From positions 167,648,001 to 167,712,000 of the forward strand of contig OZ024742.1 in NCBI GenBank assembly GCA_964016885.1: a stretch of DNA of 64,000 bases, given 5' to 3'. The first letter of the stretch is position 1; each line of letters opens with the position of its first letter. This DNA is from Eledone cirrhosa. Lineage: Eukaryota. Positions 25,001 to 37,790 of the stretch are shown piece by piece. The translations under genes were made by a program, and so were the position numbers. Under the pieces are notes generated by a model, which did not search any database, was not told where the DNA came from, and saw nothing but the letters and a program-made list of their open reading frames with translations.

Positions 25001-28000
25001 ATTTGTAAAAAAATCAGGGGGAGATAATTTGTAAAAAAAATCAGGGGGAGATAATTTGTAAAAAAAAATCAGGGGGAGATAATTTGTAAAAAAAATCAGG
25101 GGGAGATAATTTGTAAAAAAAATCAAGGGGAGATAATTTCCAGCCGTCCAAGGAGAGATAATTTAAAAAAAAAATCAGGCGGAGATAATTTGTAAAAAAA
25201 AATCAGGGGGAGATAATTTGTAAAAAAAAATCAGGGGGAGATAATTTGTAAAAAAAATCAAGGGGAGATAATTTCCAGCCGTCCAAGGGGAGATAATTTT
25301 CAGCCGTCCAAGGGGAGATAATTTCCAGCCGTCCAAGGGGAGATAATTTAAAAAAAAAATCAGGCGGAGATAATTTGTAAAAAAAATCAAGGGTAGATAA
25401 TTTGCAACCGTCCAAGGGGACATAATTTTCAGTCGTCCAAGGAGAGGTAATTTCTAGCCGTACAAGGGGAGATAATTTCCAGCCGTCCAAGGGGAGATAA
25501 TTTCCAGCCGTCCAAGGGGAGATAATTTTTTTTTAAAAATCAGGCGGAGATAATTTGTAAAAAAAAAATCAGGGGGAGATAATTTGTAAAAAAAAATCAG
25601 GGGGAGATAATTTGTAAAAAAAAATCAGGGGGAGATAATTTGTAAAAAAAATCAAGGGGAGATAATTTCCAGCCGTCCAAGGGAAGATAATTTCCAGCCC
25701 TCCAAGGGGCTATAATTTCCAGCGTCCAAGGGGAGATAATTTCCAGCCAGCGAAGGGGAGATAATTGTTTTAAAAAAATCATTGGGAGATTTGTAAAAAA
25801 AATCAGGGGGAGATAATTAATAAAAAAAATCAAGGGGAGATAATTCCCAGCCGTCCAAGGGGAGGTAATATCTAGCCGTCCAAGGGGAGATAATTTCCAG
25901 CCGTCCAAGGGGAGATAATTTCCAGCCGTCCAAGGGTAGATAATATCCAGCCGTCCAAGGAGACATATTTTCCAGCCGTCCAAGGAGAGGTAATTTCTAG
26001 CCGTCCAAGGGGAGATAAATTCCAGCCTCCAAGGGGAGATAATTTCCAGCCAGCCAAGGGGAGATAATTTGTAAAAAAATCAGGGGGAGATAATTTGTAA
26101 AATAAATCAGGGGTAGATAATTTGTAAAAAAAAATCAGGGGGAGATAATTTGTAAAAAAAAATCAGGGGGAGATAATTTGTAAAAAAAATCAAGGGGAGA
26201 TAATTTCCAGCCGTCCAAGGAGAGATAATTTAAAAAAAAAATCAGGCGGAGATAATTTGTAAAAAAAAATCAGGGGGAGATAATTTGTAAAAAAAAATCA
26301 GGGGGAGATAATTTGTAAAAAAAATCAAGGGGAGATAATTTCCAGCCGTCCAAGGGGAGATAATTTCCAGCCGTCCAAGGGGAAATAATTTTTTTAAAAA
26401 AATCAGGCGGAGATAATTTGTAAAAAAAATCAGGGGGAGATAATTTGTAAAAAAAAATCAGGGTGAGATAATTTGTAAAAAAAAATCAGGGGGAGATAAT
26501 TTCCAGCCGTCCAAGGGGAGATAATTTTCAGCCGTCCAAGGGTAGATAATATCCAGCCGTCCAAGTAGACATTTTCCAGCCGTCCAAGGAGAGGTAATTT
26601 CTAGCCGTCCAAGGGGAGATAAATTCCAGCCTCCAAGGGAAGATAATTTCCAGCCAGCCAAGGGGAGATAATTTGTAAAAAAATCAGGGGGAGATAATTT
26701 GTAAAAAAAATCAGGGGGAGATAATTTGTAAAAAAAAATCAGGGGGAGATAATTTGTAAAAAAAATCAGGGGGAGATAATTTGTAAAAAAAATCAAGGGG
26801 AGATAATTTCCAGCCGTCCAAGGGGAGATAATTTTCAGCCGTCCAAGGGGAGATAATTTCCAGCCGTCCAAGGGGAGATAATTTCCATCCTTCCAAGGGG
26901 AGATAATTTCCAGCCGTCCAAGGGGAGATAATTTTCAGCCGTCCAAGGGGAGATAATTTCCAGCCGTCCAAGGGGAGATAATTTCCAGCCGTCCAAGGGG
27001 AAATAATTTTTTTAAAAAAATCAGGCGGAGATAATTTGTAAAAAAAATCAGGGGGAGATAATTTGTAAAAAAAAATCAGGGGGAGATAATTTGTAAAAAA
27101 AAATCAGGGGGAGATAATTTCCAGCCGTCCAAGGTAAGATAATTTCCAGCCCTCCAAGGGGCTATAATTTCCAGCATCCAAGGGGAGATAATTTCCAGCC
27201 GTCCAAGGGTAGATAATATCCAGCCGTCCAAGTAGACATATTTTCCAGCCGTCCAAGGAGAGGTAATTTCTAACCGTCCAAGGGGAGATAAATTCCAGCC
27301 TCCAAGGGGAGATAATTTCCAGCCAGCCAAGGGGAGATAATTTGTAAAAAAATCAGGGGGAGATAATTTGTAAAAAAAATCAGGGGGAGATAAATTGTAA
27401 AAAAAAATCAGGGGGAGATAATTTGTAAAAAAAAATTAGGGGGAGATAATTTGTAAAAAAAAATCAGGGGGAGATAATTTCCAGCCGTCCAAGGGGAGAT
27501 AATTTTCAGCCGTCCAAGGGTAGATAATATCCAGCCGTCCAAGTAGACATTTTCCAGCCGTCCAAGGAGAGGTAATTTCTAGCCGTCCAAGGGGAGATAA
27601 ATTCCAGCCTCCAAGGGGAGATAATTTCCAGCCAGCCAAGGGGAGATAATTTGTAAAAAAATCAGGGGGAGATAATTTGTAAAAAAAAATCAGGGGGAGA
27701 TAATTTGTAAAAAAAAATCAGGGGGAGATAATTTGTAAAAAAAAATCAGGGGGAGATAATTTGTAAAAAAAATCAAGGGGAGATAATTTCCAGCCGTCCA
27801 AGGGGAGATAATTTTCAGCCGTCCAAGGGGAGATAATTTCCAGCCGTCCAAGGGGAGATAATTTCCATCCTTCCAAGGGGAGATAATTTCCAGCCGTCCA
27901 AGGGGAGATAATTTTCAGTCGTCCAAGGGGAGATAATTTCCCGCCAGCCAAGGGAAGATAATATTTTTAAAAATCAGGCGGAGATAATTTGTAAAAAAAA

Positions 28001-31000
28001 TCAGGGGGAGATAATTTGTAAAAAAATCAGGGGGAGATAATTTGTAAAAAAAAAATCAGGGGGAGATAATTTGTAAAAAAAATCAGGGGGAGATAATTTG
28101 TAAAAAAAAAATCAGGGGTAGATAATTTGTAAAAAAAAATCAGGGGGAGATAATTTGTAAAAAAAAAATCAGGGGGAGATAATTTGTAAAAAAATCAGGG
28201 GGAGATAATTTGTAAAAAAAAATCAGGGGGAGATAATTTCCAGCCGTCCAAGGGGAGATAATTTTCAGCCGTCCAAGGGGAGATAATTTCCCGCCAGCCA
28301 AGGGAAGATAATATTTAAAAAAATCAGGCGGAGATAATTTGTAAAAAAAATCAGGGGGAGATAATTTGTAAAAAAATCAGGGGGAGATAATTTGTAAAAA
28401 AAATCAAGGGGAGATAATTTCCAGCCGTCCAAGGGGAGGTAATATCTAGCCGTCCAAGGGGAGATAATTTCCAGCCGTCCAACAGGAGATAATTTCCAGC
28501 CGTCCAAGGGTAGATAATATCCAGCCGTCCAAGGAGACATATTTTCCAGCCGTCCAAGGAGAGGTAATTTCTAGCCGTCCAAGGGGAGATAAATTCCAGC
28601 CTCCAAGGGGAGATAATTTCCAGCCAGCCAAGGGGAGATAATTTGTAAAAAAAATCAGGGGGAGATAATTTGTAAAAAAAAATCAGGGGGAGATAATTTG
28701 TAAAAAAAATCAGGGGGAGATAATTTGTAAAAAAAATCAAGGGGAGATAATTTCCAGCCGTCCAAGGGGAGATAATTTTCAGCCGTCCAAGGGGAGATAA
28801 TTTCCCGCCAGCCAAGGGAAGATAATATTTAAAAAATGAGGCGGAGATAATTTGTAAAAAAAATCAGGGGGAGATAATTTGTAAAAAAATCAGGGGGAGA
28901 TAATTTGTAAAAAAAAAATCAGGGGGAGATGATTTGTAAAAAAAATCAGGGGGAGATAATTTGTAAAAAAAAATCAGGGGTAGATAATTTGTAAAAAAAA
29001 ATCAGGGGGAGATAATTTGTAAAAAAAATCAAGGGGAGATAATTTCCAGCCGTCCAAGGGAAGATAATTTCAAGCCCTCCAAGGGGCTATAATTTCCAGT
29101 GTCCAAGGGGAGATAATTTCCAGCCAGCGAAGGGGAGATAATTGTTTTAAAAAAATCATTGGGAGATTTGTAAAAAAAATCAGGGGGAGATAATTAATAA
29201 AAAAAATCAAGGGGAGATAATTCCCAGCCGTCCAAGGGGAGGTAATATCTAGCCGTCCAAGGGGAGATAATTTCCAGCCGTCCAAGGGGAGATAATTTCC
29301 AGCCGTCCAAGGGTAGATAATATCCAGCCGTCCAAGGAGACATATTTTCCAGCCGTCCAAGGAGAGGTAATTTCTAGCCGTCCAAGGGGAGATAAATTCC
29401 AGCCTCCAAGGGGAGATAATTTCCAGCCAGCCAAGGGGAGATAATTTGTAAAAAAATCAGGGGGAGATAATTTGTAAAATAAATCAGGGGTAGATAATTT
29501 GTAAAAAAAAATCAGGGGGAGATAATTTGTAAAAAAAAATCAGGGGGAGATAATTTGTAAAAAAAATCAAGGGGAGATAATTTCCAGCCGTCCAAGGAGA
29601 GATAATTTTAAAAAAAAATCAGGCGGAGATAATTTGTAAAAAAAAATCAGGGGGAGATAATTTGTAAAAAAAAATCAGGGGGAGATAATTTGTAAAAAAA
29701 ATCAAGGGGAGATAATTTCCAGCCGTCCAAGGGGAGATAATTTCCAGCCGTCCAAGGGGAAATAATTTTTTTAAAAAAATCAGGCGGAGATAATTTGTAA
29801 AAAAAATCAGGGGGAGATAATTTGTAAAAAAAAATCAGGGTGAGATAATTTGTAAAAAAAAATCCGGGGGAGATAATTTCCAGCCGTCCAAGGTAAGATA
29901 ATTTCCAGCCCTCCAAGGGGCTATAATTTCCAGCATCCAAGGGGAGATAATTTCCAGCCGTCCAAGGGTAGATAATATCCAGCCGTCCAAGTAGACATAT
30001 TTTCCAGCCGTCCAAGGAGAGGTAATTTCTAGCCGTCCAAGGGGAGATAAATTCCAGCCTCCAAGGGGAGATAATTTCCAGCCAGCCAAGGGGAGATAAT
30101 TTGTAAAAAAATCAGGGGGAGATAATTTGTAAAAAAAATCAGGGGGAGATAATTTGTAAAAAAAAATCAGGGGGAGATAATTTGTAAAAAAAAATCAGGG
30201 GGAGATAATTTGTAAAAAAAAATCAGGGGGAGATAATTTCCAGCCGTCCAAGGGGAGATAATTTTCAGCCGTCCAAGGGTAGATAATTTCTAGCCGTCCA
30301 AGGGGAGATAAATTCCAGCCGTCCAAGGAGAGGTAATTTCTAGCCGTCCAAGGGGAGATAAATTCCAGCCTCCAAGGGAAGATAATTTCCAGCCAGCCAA
30401 GGGGAGATAATTTGTAAAAAAATCAGGGGGAGATAATTTGTAAAAAAAATCAGGGGGAGATAATTTGTAAAAAAAAATCAGGGGGAGATAATTTGTAAAA
30501 AAAATCAGGGGGAGATAATTTGTAAAAAAAATCAAGGGGAGATAATTTCCAGCCGTCCAAGGGGAGATAATTTTCAGCCGTCCAAGGGGAGATAATTTCC
30601 AGCCGTCCAAGGGGAGATAATTTCCATCCTTCCAAGGGGAGATAATTTCCAGCCGTCCAAGGGGAGATAATTTTCAGCCGTCCAAGGGGAGATAATTTCC
30701 AGCCGTCCAAGGGGAGATAATTTCCAGCCGTCCAAGGGGAAATAATTTTTTTAAAAAAATCAGGCGGAGATAATTTGTAAAAAAAATCAGGGGGAGATAA
30801 TTTGTAAAAAAAAATCAGGGGGAGATAATTTGTAAAAAAAAATCAGGGGGAGATAATTTCCAGCCGTCCAAGGTAAGATAATTTCCAGCCCTCCAAGGGG
30901 CTATAATTTCCAGCATCCAAGGGGAGATAATTTCCAGCCGTCCAAGGGTAGATAATATCCAGCCGTCCAAGTAGACATATTTTCCAGCCGTCCAAGGAGA

Positions 31001-32199
31001 GGTAATTTCTAACCGTCCAAGGGGAGATAAATTCCAGCCTCCAAGGGGAGATAATTTCCAGCCAGCCAAGGGGAGATAATTTGTAAAAAAATCAGGGGGA
31101 GATAATTTGTAAAAAAAATCAGGGGGAGATAATTTGTAAAAAAAAATCAGGGGGAGATAATTTGTAAAAAAAAATTAGGGGGAGATAATTTGTAAAAAAA
31201 AATCAGGGGGAGATAATTTCCAGCCGTCCAAGGGGAGATAATTTTCAGCCGTCCAAGGGTAGATAATATCCAGCCGTCCAAGTAGACATTTTCCAGCCGT
31301 CCAAGGAGAGGTAATTTCTAGCCGTCCAAGGGGAGATAAATTCCAGCCTCCAAGGGGAGATAATTTCCAGCCGTCCAAGGGGAGATAATTTCCAGCCGTC
31401 CAAGGGGAGATAATTTTCAGCCGTCCAAGGGGAGATAATTTCCAGCCGTCCAAGGGGAGATAATTTTTAGTCGTCCAAGGGGAGATAATTTCCCGCCAGC
31501 CAAGGGAAGATAATATTTTTAAAAATCAGGCGGAGATAATTTGTAAAAAAAATCAGGGGGAGATAATTTGTAAAAAAATCAGGGGGAGATAATTTGTAAA
31601 AAAAAAATCAGGGGGAGATAATTTGTAAAAAAAATCAGGGGGAGATAATTTGTAAAAAAAAAATCAGGGGTAGATAATTTGTAAAAAAAAATCAGGGGGA
31701 GATAATTTGTAAAAAAAAAATCAGGGGGAGATAATTTGTAAAAAAATCAGGGGGAGATAATTTGTAAAAAAAAATCAGGGGGAGATAATTTCCAGCCGTC
31801 CAAGGGGAGATAATTTTCAGCCGTCCAAGGGGAGATAATTTCCCGCCAGCCAAGGGAAGATAATATTTAAAAAAATCAGGCGGAGATAATTTGTAGAAAA
31901 AATCAGGGGGAGATAATTTGTAAAAAAATCAGGGGGAGATAATTTGTAAAAAAAATCAAGGGGAGATAATTTCCAGCCGTCCAAGGGGAGGTAATATCTA
32001 GCCGTCCAAGGGGAGATAATTTCCAGCCGTCCAACAGGAGATAATTTCCAGCCGTCCAAGGGTAGATAATATCCAGCCGTCCAAGGAGACATATTTTCCA
32101 GCCGTCCAAGGAGAGGTAATTTCTAGCCGTCCAAGGGGAGATAAATTCCAGCCTCCAAGGGGAGATAATTTCCAGCCAGCCAAGGGGAGATAATTTGTA

Positions 32200-35100
32200 A
32201 AAAAAATCAGGGGGAGATAATTTGTAAAAAAAAATCAGGGGGAGATAATTTGTAAAAAAAATCAGGGGGAGATAATTTGTAAAAAAAATCAAGGGGAGAT
32301 AATTTCCAGCCGTCCAAGGGGAGATAATTTTCAGCCGTCCAAGGGGAGATAATTTCCCGCCAGCCAAGGGAAGATAATATTTAAAAAATGAGGCGGAGAT
32401 AATTTGTAAAAAAAATCAGGGGGAGATAATTTGTAAAAAAATCAGGGGGAGATAATTTGTAAAAAAAAAATCAGGGGGAGATGATTTGTAAAAAAAATCA
32501 GGGGGAGATAATTTGTAAAAAAAAATCAGGGGTAGATAATTTGTAAAAAAAAATCAGGGGGAGATAATTTGTAAAAAAAATCAAGGGGAGATAATTTCCA
32601 GCCGTCCAAGGGAAGATAATTTCAAGCCCTCCAAGGGGCTATAATTTCCAGTGTCCAAGGGGAGATAATTTCCAGCCAGCGAAGGGGAGATAATTTTTTT
32701 TTAAAAATCAGGGGGAGATTTGTAAAAAAAATCAGGGGGAGATAATTTGTAAAAAAAATCAAGGGGAGATAATTTCCAGCCGTCGAAGGGAAGATAATTT
32801 CCAGCCCTCCAAGGGGCTATAATTTCCAGCGTCCAAGGGGAGATAATTTCCAGCCAGCGAAGGGGAGATAATTTTTTTAAAAAAATCATTGGGAGATTTG
32901 TAAAAAAAATCAGGGAGATAATTTGTAAAAAAAATCAAGGGGAGATAATTTCCAGCCGTCCAAGGGGAGGTAATATCTAGCCGTCCAAGGGGAGATAATT
33001 TCCAGCCGTCCAAGGGGAGATAATTTCCAGCCGTCCAAGGGTAGATAATATCCAGCCGTCCAAGTAGACATTTTCCAGCCGTCCAAGGAGAGGTAATTTC
33101 TAGCCGTCCAAGGGGAGATAAATTCCAGCCTCCAAGGGGAGATAATTTCCAGCCAGCCAAGGGGAGATAATTTGTAAAAAAAATCAGGGGTAGATAATTT
33201 GTAAAAAAAAATCAGGGGGATAATTTGTAAAAAAAATCAGGGGGAGATAATTTGTAAAAAAAATCAAGGGGAGATAATTTCCAGCCGTCCAAGGGGAGAT
33301 AATTTTCAGCCGTCCAAGGGGAGATAATTTCCCGCCAGCCAAGGGAAGATAATATTTAAAAAATGAGGCGGAGATAATTTGTAAAAAAAATCAGGGGGAG
33401 ATAATTTGTAAAAAAATCAGGGGGAGATAATTTGTAAAAAAAAAATCAGGGGGAGATGATTTGTAAAAAAAATCAGGGGGAGATAATTTGTAAAAAAAAA
33501 TCAGGGGTAGATAATTTGTAAAAAAAAATCAGGGGGAGATAATTTGTAAAAAAAATCAAGGGGAGATAATTTCCAGCCGTCCAAGGGAAGATAATTTCAA
33601 GCCCTCCAAGGGGCTATAATTTCCAGTGTCCAAGGGGAGATAATTTCCAGCCAGCGAAGGGGAGATAATTTTTTTTTAAAAATCAGGGGGAGATTTGTAA
33701 AAAAAATCAGGGGGAGATAATTTGTAAAAAAAATCAAGGGGAGATAATTTCCAGCCGTCGAAGGGAAGATAATTTCCAGCCCTCCAAGGGGCTATAATTT
33801 CCAGCGTCCAAGGGGAGATAATTTCCAGCCAGCGAAGGGGAGATAATTTTTTTAAAAAAATCATTGGGAGATTTGTAAAAAAAATCAGGGAGATAATTTG
33901 TAAAAAAAATCAAGGGGAGATAATTTCCAGCCGTCCAAGGGGAGGTAATATCTAGCCGTCCAAGGGGAGATAATTTCCAGCCGTCCAAGGGGAGATAATT
34001 TCCAGCCGTCCAAGGGTAGATAATATCCAGCCGTCCAAGTAGACATTTTCCAGCCGTCCAAGGAGAGGTAATTTCTAGCCGTCCAAGGGGAGATAAATTC
34101 CAGCTTCCAAGGGGAGATAATTTCCAGCCAGCCAAGGGGAGATAATTTGTAAAAAAATCAGGGGGAGATAATTTGTAAAAAAATCAGGGCGAGATAATTT
34201 GTAAAAAAAAATCAGGGGGAGATAATTTGTAAAAAAAAATCAGGGGGAGATAATTTGTAAAAAAAAATCAGGGGTAGATAATTTGTAAAAAAAAATCAGG
34301 GGAAGATAATTTGTAAAAAAAATCAAGGGGAGATAATTTCCAGCCGTCCAAGGGGAGATAATTTTCAGCCGTCCAAGGGGAGATAATTTCCAGCCGTCCA
34401 AGGGGAGATAATTTCCATCCTTCCAAGGGGAGATAATTTCCAGCCGTCCAAGGGGAGATAATTTCCCGCCAGCCAAGGGAAGATAATTTTTAAAAAAATC
34501 AGGCGGAGATTGTAAAAAAAATCAGTGGGAGATAATTTGTAAAAAAATCAGGGGGAGATAATTTGTAAAAAAAAAATCAGGGGGAGACAATTTGTAAAAA
34601 AAATCAGGGGGAAATAATTTGTAAAAAAAAATCAAGGGGAGATAATTTGTACAAAAAATCAGGGGTATATAATTTGTAAAAAAAATCAGGGGGAGATAAT
34701 TTGTAAAAAAAAATCAGGGGGAGATAAATTGTAAAAAAAAATCAGGGGTAGATAATTTGTAAAAAAAAATCAGGGGGATAATTTGTAAAAAAAATCAGGG
34801 GGAGATAATTTGTAAAAAAAATCAAGGGGAGATAATTTCCAGCCGTCCAAGGGGAGATAATTTTCAGCCGTCCAAGGGGAGATAATTTCCCGCCAGCCAA
34901 GGGAAGATAATATTTAAAAAATGAGGCGGAGATAATTTGTAAAAAAAATCAGGGGGAGATAATTTGTAAAAAAATCAGGGGGAGATAATTTGTAAAAAAA
35001 AAATCAGGGGGAGATGATTTGTAAAAAAAATCAGGGGGAGATAATTTGTAAAAAAAAATCAGGGGTAGATAATTTGTAAAAAAAAATCAGGGGGAGATAA

Positions 35101-37790
35101 TTTGTAAAAAAAATCAAGGGGAGATAATTTCCAGCCGTCCAAGGGAAGATAATTTCAAGCCCTCCAAGGGGCTATAATTTCCAGTGTCCAAGGGGAGATA
35201 ATTTCCAGCCAGCGAAGGGGAGATAATTTTTTTTTAAAAATCAGGGGGAGATTTGTAAAAAAAATCAGGGGGAGATAATTTGTAAAAAAAATCAAGGGGA
35301 GATAATTTCCAGCCGTCGAAGGGAAGATAATTTCCAGCCCTCCAAGGGGCTATAATTTCCAGCGTCCAAGGGGAGATAATTTCCAGCCAGCGAAGGGGAG
35401 ATAATTTTTTTAAAAAAATCATTGGGAGATTTGTAAAAAAAATCAGGGAGATAATTTGTAAAAAAAATCAAGGGGAGATAATTTCCAGCCGTCCAAGGGG
35501 AGGTAATATCTAGCCGTCCAAGGGGAGATAATTTCCAGCCGTCCAAGGGGAGATAATTTCCAGCCGTCCAAGGGTAGATAATATCCAGCCGTCCAAGTAG
35601 ACATTTTCCAGCCGTCCAAGGAGAGGTAATTTCTAGCCGTCCAAGGGGAGATAAATTCCAGCCTCCAAGGGGAGATAATTTCCAGCCAGCCAAGGGGAGA
35701 TAATTTGTAAAAAAATCAGGGGGAGATAATTTGTAAAAAAATCAGGGGGAGATAATTTGTAAAAAAAAATCAGGGGGAGATAATTTGTAAAAAAAAATCA
35801 GGGGGAGATAATTTGTAAAAAAAAATCAGGGGGAGATAATTTGTAAAAAAAATCAAGGGGAGATAATTTCCAGCCGTCCAAGGGGAGATAATTTTCAGCC
35901 GTCCAAGGGGAGATAATTTCCAGCCGTCCAAGGGGAGATAATTTCCATCCTTCCAAGGGGAGATAATTTCCAGCCGTCCAAGGGGAGATAATTTCCCGCC
36001 AGCCAAGGGAAGATAATTTTTAAAAAAATCAGGCGGAGATTGTAAAAAAAATCAGTGGGAGATAATTTGTAAAAAAATCAGGGGGAGATAATTTGTAAAA
36101 AAAAAATCAGGGGGAGACAATTTGTAAAAAAAATCAGGGGGAAATAATTTGTAAAAAAAAATCAAGGGGAGATAATTTGTACAAAAAATCAGGGGTATAT
36201 AATTTGTAAAAAAAATCAGGGGGAGATAATTTGTAAAAAAAAATCAGGGGGAGATAAATTGTAAAAAAAAATCAGGGGTAGATAATTTGTAAAAAAAAAT
36301 CAGGGGGATAATTTGTAAAAAAAATCAGGGGGAGATAATTTGTAAAAAAAATCAAGGGGAGATAATTTCCAGCCGTCCAAGGGGAGATAATTTTCAGCCG
36401 TCCAAGGGGAGATAATTTCCCGCCAGCCAAGGGAAGATAATATTTAAAAAATGAGGCGGAGATAATTTGTAAAAAAAATCAGGGGGAGATAATTTGTAAA
36501 AAAATCAGGGGGAGATAATTTGTAAAAAAAAAATCAGGGGGAGATGATTTGTAAAAAAAATCAGGGGGAGATAATTTGTAAAAAAAAATCAGGGGTAGAT
36601 AATTTGTAAAAAAAAATCAGGGGGAGATAATTTGTAAAAAAAATCAAGGGGAGATAATTTCCAGCCGTCCAAGGGAAGATAATTTCAAGCCCTCCAAGGG
36701 GCTATAATTTCCAGTGTCCAAGGGGAGATAATTTCCAGCCAGCGAAGGGGAGATAATTTTTTTTTAAAAATCAGGGGGAGATTTGTAAAAAAAATCAGGG
36801 GGAGATAATTTGTAAAAAAAATCAAGGGGAGATAATTTCCAGCCGTCGAAGGGAAGATAATTTCCAGCCCTCCAAGGGGCTATAATTTCCAGCGTCCAAG
36901 GGGAGATAATTTCCAGCCAGCGAAGGGGAGATAATTTTTTTAAAAAAATCATTGGGAGATTTGTAAAAAAAATCAGGGAGATAATTTGTAAAAAAAATCA
37001 AGGGGAGATAATTTCCAGCCGTCCAAGGGGAGGTAATATCTAGCCGTCCAAGGGGAGATAATTTCCAGCCGTCCAAGGGGAGATAATTTCCAGCCGTCCA
37101 AGGGTAGATAATATCCAGCCGTCCAAGTAGACATTTTCCAGCCGTCCAAGGAGAGGTAATTTCTAGCCGTCCAAGGGGAGATAAATTCCAGCTTCCAAGG
37201 GGAGATAATTTCCAGCCAGCCAAGGGGAGATAATTTGTAAAAAAATCAGGGGGAGATAATTTGTAAAAAAATCAGGGCGAGATAATTTGTAAAAAAAAAT
37301 CAGGGGGAGATAATTTGTAAAAAAAAATCAGGGGGAGATAATTTGTAAAAAAAAATCAGGGGGAGATAATTTGTAAAAAAAATCAAGGGGAGATAATTTC
37401 CAGCCGTCCAAGGGGAGATAATTTTCAGCCGTCCAAGGGGAGATAATTTCCAGCCGTCCAAGGGGAGATAATTTCCATCCTTCCAAGGGGAGATAATTTC
37501 CAGCCGTCCAAGGGGAGATAATTTCCCGCCAGCCAAGGGAAGATAATTTTTAAAAAAATCAGGCGGAGATTGTAAAAAAAATCAGGGGGAGATAATTTGT
37601 AAAAAAATCAGGGGGAGATAATTTGTAAAAAAAAAATCAGGGGGAGACAATTTGTAAAAAAAATCAGGGGGAAATAATTTGTAAAAAAAAATCAAGGGGA
37701 GATAATTTGTACAAAAAATCAGGGGTATATAATTTGTAAAAAAAATCAGGGGGAGATAATTTGTAAAAAAAAATCAGGGGGAGATAATTT
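32200..37790 (+). repeat. Tandem higher-order repeat: one 975-bp partial unit followed by three ~1.53-kb units (periods 1558 and 1530)
   Basis: Identical ORFs at 32701/33676/35234/36764 and near-identical ORFs at 34240/35770/37300. Markers ATCAGGGAGATAA, GAGACAA, GGGGTATAT and AAATGAGGCGG. Confidence 0.9.
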
